NCBI GenBank assembly: GCA_045656185.1
Contig: JAZOQR010000061.1
Span: 36,784-100,783, forward strand
Source of the DNA: Alistipes sp.
GTDB lineage: Bacteria > Bacteroidota > Bacteroidia > Bacteroidales > Rikenellaceae
DNA length: 64,000 bases
Direction: 5' to 3'
A model generated the notes under the pieces. It was not told where the DNA came from and did not search any database. It was given only the letters and a program-made list of their open reading frames with translations. Each line of letters begins with the position of its first letter. Position 1 is the first letter of the stretch. The position numbers and the translations under genes were made by a program. Positions 46,468 to 56,837 of this stretch are shown piece by piece.

Positions 46468-48855
46468 ATGATAAATGAAGAGATACTTGAGGGCCTAAGT
46501 CCCTCGCAGCGCGAGGCTGTTGTGAACTACAATGGTGCCTCGCTTATTATCGCGGGAGCGGGCTCTGGCAAGACACGTGTTCTCACCACACGTATTGCCT
46601 ATATGTTGAGTCAGGGTGTAGCCCCCTCCTCGATTCTCGCCCTAACCTTTACCAATAAGGCGGCGCGAGAGATGCGTGAGCGTATCGAGAGGTTGGTGGG
46701 ACCACAAGCCCGCTATATCCGTATGGGTACTTTCCACTCGGTTTTTGCGCGTATCCTTCGCGAGAATGCGGCAAAGCTAGGCTACCCTGAGAGCTACACG
46801 ATATATGAGCCTTCGGATGTTAAGAACCTTGTAAAGACCATTATCAAGGAGATGAACCTCTCGGAGGAGCGTTACAAACCGCAGGGTGTTGCAGCGCGTA
46901 TCTCTATGGCTAAGAACTGCCTTGTAACCCCAGCAGCTTATCGTGCCAACGCTCTGCTTGTGGGCGAGGATAGAGAGGCTAAGATGCCCGATATAGCAGA
47001 TATATATGCCGAGTATTGCATTCGCTGCAAGCGCAATGGAGCTATGGACTTCGACGACCTGCTTCTTCAGACAAATATCCTACTTCGCGATGCGCCAGAG
47101 GTACTGGAGCAGTATCAAGAGCAGTTTAAGTATATCCTTGTGGATGAGTATCAAGATACCAATATGGCGCAGTATATCATTGTGCGCCGCTTGGCATTGA
47201 AACATTCGAATGTATGCGTTGTGGGTGATGATGCTCAGAGTATCTACGCCTTCCGTGGTGCTAAGATTGAGAATATCCTCTCCTTCCAGCGCGACTATCC
47301 CGATGCTAAGGTCTATAAACTTGAGCAGAACTACCGCTCGACGCAGACTATTGTTGAGGCTGCCAATTCGCTTATCGCGCACAACTCGCGCCGTCTGGAG
47401 AAGAGGTGCTTCTCGGCAGCCGAGGTGGGCGAGAAGATTCGCTTGGTGAGGGTTGTTGAGGATAGTTACGAAGCTGTTGAGGTGGCTATGGATATCAAGG
47501 ATAGAGCAAGAGAGGGTGCCGAGTGGCGCGACTTCGCTATCCTCTATCGTACCAATAAGCAGCACGGTATGTTCGAGTCGGCACTTTCGCGACGCGGTAT
47601 TCCATACCGTGTCTATAAGGGTATGTCGTTGTTGGAGCATAAGGATGTGCGCAACCTTATAGCCTATCTTAGCGTTATCCTAAACCCTAATGATGATGAG
47701 TCGTTCAAGCGAATAATAAACTATCCTGCGCGAGGCATTGGTGATACCACCATCCAGCGTATTGCCGATATTGCGCGTCAGCGAAATACCTCGATGTGGC
47801 ACGCTGTAGATGAGTTGGTGCGTGGTGCCGAGGTCTTGGGGCAGGTTGAGAAGGTTGTTGTTCGCAAGGTTGCCGACTTTGTGAAGATGATAAACGAGCT
47901 CTCGCTGATGCGTGTCGAGATGGGTGTTTGTGACTTTGCTAAGGAGGTAATCGCACGCTCGGGTATCCTCCACGAATTGGAGAAGGAGAAGAAGCCTGAG
48001 AACGACACAGCAAAGGATTATCTCGATCAGTTACTCGCGATGATGAGCTCCTATGAGGATGAGTGCGATAGGGAGATGACCGAGGGCCTTAGAGAGGAGA
48101 ATGCAACCCCAACCATTGATGAGTGGATGCAAAATATTATGCTACAAACCGACCAAGATTCGGAGGATGATGGCAATAGGGTGACACTTATGACCGTGCA
48201 TTCGGCTAAGGGTTTGGAGTACGACTATATCTACATTGTTGGTATGGAGGAGGGCCTATTCCCCTCGTCGCGCTCTGTGGAGTCGGTGCACGAGTTGGAG
48301 GAGGAGCGACGCTTGATGTATGTAGCTATCACACGCGCCAAGAAGGCAGCGATGTTGTCCTTCTCGGAGTTGCGTCGTGTGTGGGGTAAGACTGAGAGTG
48401 CTTCGCCAAGTAGATTCCTCAAGGAGATAGATTCTAAGTGGTTGGATGCGAATTTCGATATCGAGGAGCTTTCGGGACGTAATCGTTGGGAGCGTGCTAT
48501 GGAGGAGTCGCGCCCTAAGTTCGAGTCGTTAAAGAGTCGTTATGGCGCACCACGCGGAGCATCGCATAGCGATATGCCACAGCGTCCACGTCCAGAGATT
48601 ATCTCTACGCCACGACCTTTAGATCCTGAGCGTAGCGGTATGCGCTCGATGGGTGTACGTCCTGCGGAGGGTGCTCAGCAGGGTGCAGGTGAGTGCGATT
48701 ATCGTGTTGGTGAGCGCGTTGCGCATCCTAAGTTCGGAGCAGGTACTGTGGAGCGTATCGAGCCTTTAACAACCGACCATAAGGTTGTGGTGATGTTCGA
48801 CAGCTATGGCTCAAAAACATTGCTCGCTAAGTTCGCGAAACTCTCAAAATTGTAG
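46468..48855 (+). CDS. pcrA: UvrD/PcrA ATP-dependent DNA helicase
   Basis: AGAGSGKT, VDEYQD, VGDDAQSIYAFRGA, LEQNYRS, HSAKGLE, YVAITRA, C-terminal Tudor-like tail. Confidence 0.9.
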   Translation: MINEEILEGLSPSQREAVVNYNGASLIIAGAGSGKTRVLTTRIAYMLSQGVAPSSILALTFTNKAAREMRERIERLVGPQARYIRMGTFHSVFARILRENAAKLGYPESYTIYEPSDVKNLVKTIIKEMNLSEERYKPQGVAARISMAKNCLVTPAAYRANALLVGEDREAKMPDIADIYAEYCIRCKRNGAMDFDDLLLQTNILLRDAPEVLEQYQEQFKYILVDEYQDTNMAQYIIVRRLALKHSNVCVVGDDAQSIYAFRGAKIENILSFQRDYPDAKVYKLEQNYRSTQTIVEAANSLIAHNSRRLEKRCFSAAEVGEKIRLVRVVEDSYEAVEVAMDIKDRAREGAEWRDFAILYRTNKQHGMFESALSRRGIPYRVYKGMSLLEHKDVRNLIAYLSVILNPNDDESFKRIINYPARGIGDTTIQRIADIARQRNTSMWHAVDELVRGAEVLGQVEKVVVRKVADFVKMINELSLMRVEMGVCDFAKEVIARSGILHELEKEKKPENDTAKDYLDQLLAMMSSYEDECDREMTEGLREENATPTIDEWMQNIMLQTDQDSEDDGNRVTLMTVHSAKGLEYDYIYIVGMEEGLFPSSRSVESVHELEEERRLMYVAITRAKKAAMLSFSELRRVWGKTESASPSRFLKEIDSKWLDANFDIEELSGRNRWERAMEESRPKFESLKSRYGAPRGASHSDMPQRPRPEIISTPRPLDPERSGMRSMGVRPAEGAQQGAGECDYRVGERVAHPKFGAGTVERIEPLTTDHKVVVMFDSYGSKTLLAKFAKLSKL

Positions 48856-48858
48856 CCT

Positions 48859-49794
48859 ATGGAGGAGGTGATGCTATCGGTGGTGATGACCACCTACAAC
48901 CACGAGCGGTATATCGCAACGGCCATAGAGAGTGTCTTGCGTCAGCAGACCGACTTCCGTGTGGAGATTGTCGTGGGAGAGGATTGTAGCACCGACCGAA
49001 CGCTTAATATAGTGCGTGATTATGAACGTATGTACCCTGAGTGCATCCGTATCGTAACCTCGGAGAGTAACGTAGGTTGGAGAGAGAACTATCGTCGTAC
49101 TATCGCGGCAGCTCGTGGTCGCTATATAGCTATGCTTGATGGCGACGATTACTTTACGCATCGTAAGAAGGTTCAAATGCAGGTTGACCTTCTGGAGGCA
49201 AACCCAGATGTGGGTATGTGCTATACTCGCTCGGAGCGTATCGACGAGGAGGGCAACACCACGATATACCCAGAGGCGGAGTGTTATACCGATTTTGAGA
49301 GTATGCTAAGGCGTAACCCTGCCGAGAATTGTACTGTGGTGGCGCGTAGGGAGCTTGTGGAGCAGTACTACGCAGAGATTTGTCCTACGAAGCATCCAGA
49401 GTGGTTGACCGACGACCTGCCTATGTGGTTGTGGTTTGGTGCGCGTAGTAGGTGTATGGCTATAGATTGTCCTATGGCGGTGCATCGAGTACTGAAGTAT
49501 AGCGTTAGCCATAGCCCCGACTACCTCAAGAAGATAGCCTTTGTAGACTCGTTGGCAGATATAAGCATCTGGTTTGATGCGCGTTATAACAATGGTGCTT
49601 TGGGTGATGAGCTACGTCTAAATAAGCATAATACAGCGCTGTGGGTGCTATCGTATAATGGCTCGCCACTGCGTTATATAAAGCGTTGGTGGAGGGATGT
49701 TAGGGAGCATCGCCCGCTTATGAAGAATATCGCCTCATACGGACTCTTCGTAAAGAAGATAGGTTGGCGTATGTGGCACAAAAACCGAAAATGA
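48859..49794 (+). CDS. glycosyltransferase family 2
   Basis: SVVMTTYN, GEDCSTD, LDGDD. Confidence 0.9.
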   Translation: MEEVMLSVVMTTYNHERYIATAIESVLRQQTDFRVEIVVGEDCSTDRTLNIVRDYERMYPECIRIVTSESNVGWRENYRRTIAAARGRYIAMLDGDDYFTHRKKVQMQVDLLEANPDVGMCYTRSERIDEEGNTTIYPEAECYTDFESMLRRNPAENCTVVARRELVEQYYAEICPTKHPEWLTDDLPMWLWFGARSRCMAIDCPMAVHRVLKYSVSHSPDYLKKIAFVDSLADISIWFDARYNNGALGDELRLNKHNTALWVLSYNGSPLRYIKRWWRDVREHRPLMKNIASYGLFVKKIGWRMWHKNRK

Positions 49795-50438
49795 TGACAA
49801 CAAAGCAGCGTTATAGTCGTGTTGTAGAGTACTTCTCCAAGGCTATGCCTACGGCGGAGAGCGAACTCAATTTCAGAAATCCCTTTGAGCTACTTGTGGC
49901 AGTAGTGCTATCGGCGCAGTGTACCGATAAGAGGGTTAACCTCACCACGCCAGCGTTGTTCGAGGCATACCCCGATGCTGAGGCAATGTCTAAGGCCTCG
50001 GTGGAGGAGATCTACGACTATATTAAGAGTATATCCTATCCAAATAATAAGGCTAAGCACCTTAGCGCCCTTTCGCGCCAGATTGTCGAGCGCTTTGGTG
50101 GCGAGGTGCCCAGCGATCCCGATGATTTGCAGTCGTTGCAGGGCGTGGGACGTAAGACCGCAAATGTTGTAGGAGCGGTGTTATGGGGTAGGGAGGTTAT
50201 GCCTGTGGATACCCACGTCTTTCGTGTTGCGGCGCGCATAGGTCTCTCGCGTAATGCTAAGACTCCGCTTGCTACGGAGCGCCAATTGGAGAAGGGTTTT
50301 CCTAAGGAGCTACTACCGATAGCTCACCACTGGCTTATTCTGCACGGACGCTATGTGTGCCTTGCGCGTAAGCCTAAGTGTGAGCAGTGTGGTATTACCG
50401 ATGTTTGCAAATATTATACTACAAATAGTAAATTATGA
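49791..50438 (+). CDS. nth: endonuclease III
   Basis: LSAQCTD, GVGRKTAN, VDTHV, C-x6-C-x2-C-x5-C. Confidence 0.95.
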   Translation: MMTTKQRYSRVVEYFSKAMPTAESELNFRNPFELLVAVVLSAQCTDKRVNLTTPALFEAYPDAEAMSKASVEEIYDYIKSISYPNNKAKHLSALSRQIVERFGGEVPSDPDDLQSLQGVGRKTANVVGAVLWGREVMPVDTHVFRVAARIGLSRNAKTPLATERQLEKGFPKELLPIAHHWLILHGRYVCLARKPKCEQCGITDVCKYYTTNSKL

Positions 50439-51874
50439 GAGTCCTAATATTGTTTGTTTTGATGTGGTGTGTGTCGTGTACGCAACAGCCATATTCAGGA
50501 ATAGATGCGCCTTCGAGCAACAGACCTACTACCGAGGATGCGATAGTATCATATATCGATCAGCGTCTGGAGCAGGAGTACTACTGGTTGGATGAGGTCA
50601 AGCAGAAGAGTACGTTGTTTAATCGTAATCTTCCCTGGGAGCAGTATCTAAATCACGCTCTTTCTAAGCTTACCACCAACGAGGATGATGGCTCATACAA
50701 TAGTAAGGGGCAACGTAGCTACTACTCATATATTCGCGATGTCACTGCTACGCGTGCCGAGAAGATGGGCTTCGGCATCTTGCTCCACTATACCATACTC
50801 ATCACCGATAGTAATAACCATTTGGGATTTGTCGTGGAGTCGGTGTATCCCAACTCTCCAGCCGATAAGGCGGGTATCAAGCGAGGCGATATCATAACAC
50901 ACGTAGATGGCAAATTTATAGATGATTCAAATTATGTTCGCCACTTCAATAATATCCAGTCTAATGGTGTTGCATCGCTCGCCCTTGGTTTCAGACGACG
51001 TTCCGAGAGTGGAGCTGAGTTTGAGGCTACTATTGAGCGTGCCATCTTTGACGAGACGCCTATTGCCCACTATGAAGTTATAGATGTTGAGGGCTACGAT
51101 AAGAGAATTGGTTATCTTGCCTATTTGGGCTTTGAGAGCGAGTACAATGAAGAGCTTACCGAGGCTCTGACCTATTTAGCATCGGAGGGTATTGGGGAGC
51201 TTATCCTCGACCTTAGATGCAACGGTGGTGGTGCTTTGACCTCGGCATTGTTGCTCTGCTCGGCTATTGTGCCAAGTAGTTATGAGGATCAGATACTCTG
51301 CACCATAGAGCGAAATAAGAGCAATACCGTGTCGTCACAGAGTAGTGAGTTTAGGTTGGAGAATACGGGTCAGTTGTTAAATCTTGAGCGTGTTACGGTC
51401 ATCTGTTCCAACTATAGTGCCTCAGCCTCTGAGATGGTTGTTATGGGTCTTAGAGGTATGGACTTCCCTGTCACACTTATTGGCGTACCTACCGAGGGTA
51501 AGAACTGCGGTATGGATGTAACACATAAGCGCATCAATGGCAAGGATTTGGAGTATGCGCCTATCACCTTTATGTGTTTTAATGCCAAGGGCTTTGGTGA
51601 TTGGGGCGAGGGTATAGTCCCAGATGTAGACCTTACAGCGGAGAGCAATAAGTATGGTGTCTACGATCAGTATTACCCTCTGCCATACACCGATTGGGGC
51701 GATGAAAAGCGCGATATAGGTCTTGCTGTGGCACTTGCCGATATTACGGGCAAGAGCATTGCGCAAAATGGGGTTACCCGTGCCGATTTCAATGAGGGTA
51801 TTGCTATTGCAAAGGTTATAGCGCGACCTGTGGTTGGAACAAGATTATACGAGGAGTTGAATGTTATGAAATAA
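50435..51874 (+). CDS. S41 family peptidase lipoprotein with PDZ domain
   Basis: Lipobox, SPADKAGIKRGD, ILDLRCNGGG, SASASE, TEGKN. Confidence 0.88.
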   Translation: MRVLILFVLMWCVSCTQQPYSGIDAPSSNRPTTEDAIVSYIDQRLEQEYYWLDEVKQKSTLFNRNLPWEQYLNHALSKLTTNEDDGSYNSKGQRSYYSYIRDVTATRAEKMGFGILLHYTILITDSNNHLGFVVESVYPNSPADKAGIKRGDIITHVDGKFIDDSNYVRHFNNIQSNGVASLALGFRRRSESGAEFEATIERAIFDETPIAHYEVIDVEGYDKRIGYLAYLGFESEYNEELTEALTYLASEGIGELILDLRCNGGGALTSALLLCSAIVPSSYEDQILCTIERNKSNTVSSQSSEFRLENTGQLLNLERVTVICSNYSASASEMVVMGLRGMDFPVTLIGVPTEGKNCGMDVTHKRINGKDLEYAPITFMCFNAKGFGDWGEGIVPDVDLTAESNKYGVYDQYYPLPYTDWGDEKRDIGLAVALADITGKSIAQNGVTRADFNEGIAIAKVIARPVVGTRLYEELNVMK

Positions 51875-51957
51875 TTATTTATATTTGCAATATATATCAA
51901 TTCTGCGGCGTTAAGAGATAACGGACAACACAATAAAAACAAAGATAAATTATATAT

Positions 51958-52956
51958 ATGAACGAAGTAGTAAATATCAAGGAGCTTAATGCTCATATTC
52001 AGGAGGAGTCGGTATTCGTGGATACGCTTCGTAAGGAGATATCTCGTGTGATTGTGGGACAGCAGCACCTTATCGACACCTTGCTTATCGGACTTTTGTC
52101 GGATGGACATATCTTGTTGGAGGGTGTTCCAGGTCTTGCAAAGACTTTGGCTATTACAACCTTATCTAAGGCTGTAGATGCCAAGTTTGCTCGTATACAG
52201 TTTACTCCAGACCTCTTGCCTGCCGACCTTATCGGTACTCTTATTTACTCGCAGCGTAGCGAGGAGTTCACCGTTAAGCAGGGTCCTATCTTCGCGAACT
52301 TCATCCTTGCCGATGAGATTAACCGTTCGCCAGCAAAGGTGCAGTCTGCACTCTTGGAGGCTATGCAGGAGAAGCAGGTTACCATTGGCGATACGACATA
52401 CCCACTTCCAAAGCCCTTCCTTGTGCTTGCAACGCAGAACCCTTTGGAGCAGGAGGGTACCTATCCACTTCCAGAGGCGCAGGTAGACCGTTTTATGCTC
52501 AAGGCTAAGATCTCCTATCCTAAGCGTGCCGAGGAGTTGGATATTATTCGTATGAATCTATCGGGCGCGGGTATGCCACAGGTGGATAAGGTTATCTCGC
52601 CAGAGGATATTATGCGCGCACGCGAGGTGGTGAATAAGGTCTATATGGATGAGAAGATTGAGCGTTACATCATCGATATCATCTTCGCAACACGTGAGCC
52701 TTCGGAGTATCGCCTACAGCATATCCAGCCATTTATTGCTTATGGTGGCTCGCCACGAGCAAGTATTGCGTTGGCTAAGGCGGCACGAGCATACGCCTTT
52801 ATCCAGCGTCGTGGTTATGTTATCCCTGAGGATGTACGTGCTGTATGTCACGATGTTTTGCGTCACCGTATTGGTCTTACCTACGAGGCAGAGGCTGAGA
52901 ATGTGACTACCGAGCAGCTTATTACCGAGATTCTAAATAATGTTATAGTGCCATAA
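51958..52956 (+). CDS. moxR: MoxR family AAA+ ATPase
   Basis: GVPGLAKT, RIQFTPDLLP, ADEINR, ATQNP.EQEGTYPLPEAQ.DRF. Confidence 0.95.
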   Translation: MNEVVNIKELNAHIQEESVFVDTLRKEISRVIVGQQHLIDTLLIGLLSDGHILLEGVPGLAKTLAITTLSKAVDAKFARIQFTPDLLPADLIGTLIYSQRSEEFTVKQGPIFANFILADEINRSPAKVQSALLEAMQEKQVTIGDTTYPLPKPFLVLATQNPLEQEGTYPLPEAQVDRFMLKAKISYPKRAEELDIIRMNLSGAGMPQVDKVISPEDIMRAREVVNKVYMDEKIERYIIDIIFATREPSEYRLQHIQPFIAYGGSPRASIALAKAARAYAFIQRRGYVIPEDVRAVCHDVLRHRIGLTYEAEAENVTTEQLITEILNNVIVP

Positions 52957-53840
52957 TGCAGAGCCACGACGAGGATATACTCAAGCGTGTTCGCCAAATA
53001 GAGATTAAAACACGCGGTTTGTCCGACGAGATCTTCGCCGGCAAGTATCATACTGCCTTTCGTGGTCGCGGTATGTCGTTTGCCGAGGTTCGAGAGTATC
53101 GTGTGGGCGATGATGTGCGTGATATCGACTGGAATGTTACAGCACGTTCAGACCGTGCGCATGTCAAGGTCTACGAGGAGGAGCGAGAGCTAACGATGAT
53201 GCTACTTGTTGATGTGTCACCATCGCGTATGTTCGGCTCGGAGAGTATAACTAAGAAGAATCTTATTACAGAGGTTGCTGCCACGTTGGCATTCTCAGCA
53301 TCGAAGAATAACGATAAGGTGGGCTGTATCCTCTTCTCGGACCATATCGAGAAGTTTATCCCGCCGAAGAAGGGTCGTAGCCATATTCTAATGATTATCC
53401 GCGAGTTGGTTAGCTTCCAGCCATCGGGACGTGGTACAAATATCTCGGAGGCATTGCGCTACTTGGTGGGCGTGAATAAGAAGCGCACCACCTCATTCCT
53501 GTTGTCCGACTTTATCAACTCTGCGGAAGATATGCCTAAGTTTGAAGATGCCCTTAAGATTGCATCGTCGAAGCACGACCTTATGGCGATAAATATTTTC
53601 GATAAACGAGATATGGAGTTGCCAAACGTAGGTATTATTGAGGTTGAGGATGCTGAGACAGGCGAAAGAGAGTGGATAGATACCTCCTCACGCCGTGTGC
53701 GAGAGTACTGGCATAGAAGTTTTGAGGAGCGTAATGCTTCAATGCTCAAGATGTTGAGTCACAATAGAGTAGATGTTGCAGAGGTAGCTACCGATGGCGA
53801 CTATGTGGTAGAACTCATAAAGATGTTTAAGAGACGATGA
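52956..53840 (+). CDS. DUF58 (vWA-like) protein
   Basis: GMSFAEVREY..GDDVRDIDWNVTAR, EERE, DVS.S. Confidence 0.9.
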   Translation: MQSHDEDILKRVRQIEIKTRGLSDEIFAGKYHTAFRGRGMSFAEVREYRVGDDVRDIDWNVTARSDRAHVKVYEEERELTMMLLVDVSPSRMFGSESITKKNLITEVAATLAFSASKNNDKVGCILFSDHIEKFIPPKKGRSHILMIIRELVSFQPSGRGTNISEALRYLVGVNKKRTTSFLLSDFINSAEDMPKFEDALKIASSKHDLMAINIFDKRDMELPNVGIIEVEDAETGEREWIDTSSRRVREYWHRSFEERNASMLKMLSHNRVDVAEVATDGDYVVELIKMFKRR

Positions 53841-54979
53841 AGCGTTCATCAAATATATTTACATTGCTGCTCACGGCGTTGGTGATGCTCCTTGCGGGTG
53901 TTGTCAAGGCGGAGGTGCCCACTATTAGTGCGCGCTTCTCGAAGGATAGCATCGAGGTTGGAGATGTTGTAGAGTACACTATCGATATTGAGAAGGATCG
54001 TGCCACTACTATCGAACTTCCCGATTTCGATGGCAACCTATCGCGAGAGGAGCTTAAGATGATAGCAAAGGCGAAGGCCAAGATGTCGACCTACGAGGAG
54101 TATGATAAGGATATCTTTGAGTTTGTTGGGGATTATCCTATTGATACGCTCCAGAGCGATGGTCGTAGGCTCACCATTCGTAAGCGTTACCGTTTGGCGG
54201 TTATGGAGACGGGAAATATTCCTTTCCGTCCAGCAATTCTATACTACGAAAAGAATAGAGAGCTTCCCGATACCTTGATATCGGATGATACACTGATGCT
54301 TCATGTGGCAAACTATGTGGAGCTTGATACTACGCTCTTTTTGAAGGCTGATCCTACTAATCAGCAGGGTATTAGCGTCGATGATACGAAGGCTAAATCT
54401 ATGCTTAAGGATGATGGTATCTACACGCAGAAGGATTTGCCATTTATCTTTATGGAGATACGCGACTATACCATCTACGGCTTGATAGCCTTGATTATCT
54501 TGTCGTTAATAGTGTGGTTTATCGTCTGGTATGTGCGTAATCATCAGTCGAGTGATGCAGGTTTTGTGAAGCCTGCGCCAAAGTTGCCGCCACACGTTAT
54601 CGCTATTAAGGCGTTGGACGAGCTACGCAATAGAAAGCTATGGCAGAATGGCAAGCATAAGCTATACTATTCGACTCTAACCGAGATTTTGCGTCTCTAT
54701 ATTGAGGGTCGCTGGTCGATAGGTGCGTTGGAGATGACCTCAGACGAGATTATCACAGCGTTACGAGATGTAGATATTAAGCACGATAGCCGAAGTAATC
54801 TTATTGCGATACTGCGCACGGCAGATATGGTAAAGTTTGCTAAGGCTCTGCCCGATGCCGAGGATAATGAGCAACTATTCACCTATGCATACTACTTTGT
54901 GGAGAATACAAAGGGTGTGGTTGCAGAGCATAACGAGCAGATGCGAAATATAACCTTTGAAACAAAGATTGAGGAGTAA
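53837..54979 (+). CDS. Bat-operon membrane protein (BatD-like N-terminus)
   Basis: Signal peptide, TM segment, PPHVIAIKAL...ALEMTSDE...ADMVKFAK; conserved position after DUF58. Confidence 0.7.
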   Translation: MKRSSNIFTLLLTALVMLLAGVVKAEVPTISARFSKDSIEVGDVVEYTIDIEKDRATTIELPDFDGNLSREELKMIAKAKAKMSTYEEYDKDIFEFVGDYPIDTLQSDGRRLTIRKRYRLAVMETGNIPFRPAILYYEKNRELPDTLISDDTLMLHVANYVELDTTLFLKADPTNQQGISVDDTKAKSMLKDDGIYTQKDLPFIFMEIRDYTIYGLIALIILSLIVWFIVWYVRNHQSSDAGFVKPAPKLPPHVIAIKALDELRNRKLWQNGKHKLYYSTLTEILRLYIEGRWSIGALEMTSDEIITALRDVDIKHDSRSNLIAILRTADMVKFAKALPDAEDNEQLFTYAYYFVENTKGVVAEHNEQMRNITFETKIEE

Positions 54980-55833
54980 TGAGAGTATCTAATATCGTAC
55001 GAACTATATCGGCTTTGGTGTTGTTGTTCTTGTGTACTCAGCCGGCATCGGCACAGTATCACAAGGAGCGTAGGCTTGTTCGTCAGGGCAACTCAAGTTT
55101 CGAGAAGAAGAACTACAGAACTTCGTATAATCGCTATAACGAGGCTTTGGAGCACGACTCCACAAACTATGAGGCACTCTACAATCGTGCCAATGCCTAT
55201 ACGCATTTGCGTCGTAGCAATCCTCAGAACTCTACCCTCAAGGCAGAGGTGGAGTTTGGAAACTATGAGTCTATAGCGGCTGATACGCTACTTTCTAGTA
55301 GTCAGCGTGCCGAGGTGTTGCGCAATTTGGGTGAGAGTCTCTTTAATGAGCAGAAGTATGAGGCTGCGTTGAATGCCTTTCGTGAGTCGTTGTTGTTAAA
55401 TCCTGATGACAAGGAGACAAAGTATGACTATGTGCTTACTAAGCGCATAGTAGATCAGAAGCGTAATGTGCAGCAGCAGAATCAGCAGAATCAGCAGAAT
55501 CAGCAGGGCCAGCAGGATCAGCAGAATCAGAATCAAGACCAGAACCAGGATGGTAGCCAGAGCAATAGTCAGGATAATCAGGACAATAAGAATAAGGAGG
55601 ACAATAACAAACAACAGCCTGAGGATAATCAATCTGAGCAGCAAAAAGAGGATGAATCTAAGGATGAGGAGCAGCGGGATGGTGAGGATGAACAACAGCC
55701 GTCTCAGCCCAAGGAGCTTAATGCCGATCAGGAGCGAATGTTGAATGCCATCCAGCACGAGGAGGATAAGACTCAGGAGAAGATTAAGGATGCCAAAAAG
55801 GTGTTGGTTGTACCTGGTAAGAAAAATTGGTAA
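54979..55833 (+). CDS. batC: BatC-like TPR protein with Q/N/D-rich linker
   Basis: TPRs, Q/N-rich tract, QERMLNAI..EE.KTQ...KKNW. Confidence 0.8.
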   Translation: MRVSNIVRTISALVLLFLCTQPASAQYHKERRLVRQGNSSFEKKNYRTSYNRYNEALEHDSTNYEALYNRANAYTHLRRSNPQNSTLKAEVEFGNYESIAADTLLSSSQRAEVLRNLGESLFNEQKYEAALNAFRESLLLNPDDKETKYDYVLTKRIVDQKRNVQQQNQQNQQNQQGQQDQQNQNQDQNQDGSQSNSQDNQDNKNKEDNNKQQPEDNQSEQQKEDESKDEEQRDGEDEQQPSQPKELNADQERMLNAIQHEEDKTQEKIKDAKKVLVVPGKKNW

Positions 55834-55844
55834 TATAGTGTAGT

Positions 55845-56825
55845 ATGCAGTTTCTTAATCCAAAAATACTCTACCTATTAGCTATCCCAGTAGCTATTAT
55901 TGTCTACTATATCTTTGTAGGTCGTCGTCGTGCTACTATGCGTGTCTCGACACTTCAAAGAGGTCATGTGCCACGCACGCTACGCTACTATTTAAGGGAT
56001 TTGCCTATAGTGTTGCGCGTGTTGGCAGTTGTGGCTTGTATTGTGGCTCTTGCACGTCCTGTTGATGAGCACTCATCTTCGGAGAGCTCTACCGAGGGTA
56101 TAGATATCGTTCTTGCTATGGATATCTCTGGCTCTATGCTTGCCCGCGACTTTGTGCCAGATCGTATCACTGCAGCCAAGCAGATGGCCTCAGAGTTTGC
56201 CTCGGAGCGTATTGGCGATAGAATCTCGGTTGTAGCATTCGCAGGTGAGGCATTTACGCAGTGTCCACTAACTACGGATAAGGCGAGTGTTGGCACTATG
56301 CTTTCGCGCCTACGCAGTGGTATCGTGGATGATGGTACTGCCATCGGCAATGGTTTGGCTACGGCGATTAATCGTCTTAGGGAGAGTGGAGCTAAATCTA
56401 AGGTTGTGGTGCTACTTACCGATGGTGTAAATAACCGTGGACAGATTTCGCCTACTATGGCTGCCGAGATAGCGCGTGATATGGGTATCAAGGTCTATAC
56501 TATTGGTGTGGGCACTATAGGTCAAGCCCTTATGCCAGCGGTTGATATGTATGGCAATAACACCTTTGTTATGGCGAATGTCGAGATTGATGAGCCGTTG
56601 CTTCGCTCTATTGCCACGACTACTGGTGGAGAGTATTTCCGTGCTGTGGATAATAAGGCGCTGGGTGAGATTTACGATCGCATCAACGAGATGGAGAAGA
56701 GCGAGGTGCAAATTACGCACTATATCTCCTATGAGGAGTTGTACTTTAGATGGTTGTTGATAGCTCTATTGTTGCTTGCGTTGGAGTTTGTGGTAGAGCG
56801 TGTGGTGCTCAATCGTATCCCTTAA
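55845..56825 (+). CDS. batA: vWA domain protein BatA
   Basis: MQFLNP..L.LL, DISGSMLARDF, GTAIG, LLTDG. Confidence 0.88.
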   Translation: MQFLNPKILYLLAIPVAIIVYYIFVGRRRATMRVSTLQRGHVPRTLRYYLRDLPIVLRVLAVVACIVALARPVDEHSSSESSTEGIDIVLAMDISGSMLARDFVPDRITAAKQMASEFASERIGDRISVVAFAGEAFTQCPLTTDKASVGTMLSRLRSGIVDDGTAIGNGLATAINRLRESGAKSKVVVLLTDGVNNRGQISPTMAAEIARDMGIKVYTIGVGTIGQALMPAVDMYGNNTFVMANVEIDEPLLRSIATTTGGEYFRAVDNKALGEIYDRINEMEKSEVQITHYISYEELYFRWLLIALLLLALEFVVERVVLNRIP

Positions 56826-56837
56826 AAGGTTGCTACT

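Noticed and set aside
55470..55720. CAG/AAT-rich repeat as a separate element
   Set aside because: It encodes the ordinary Q/N/D-rich linker of BatC
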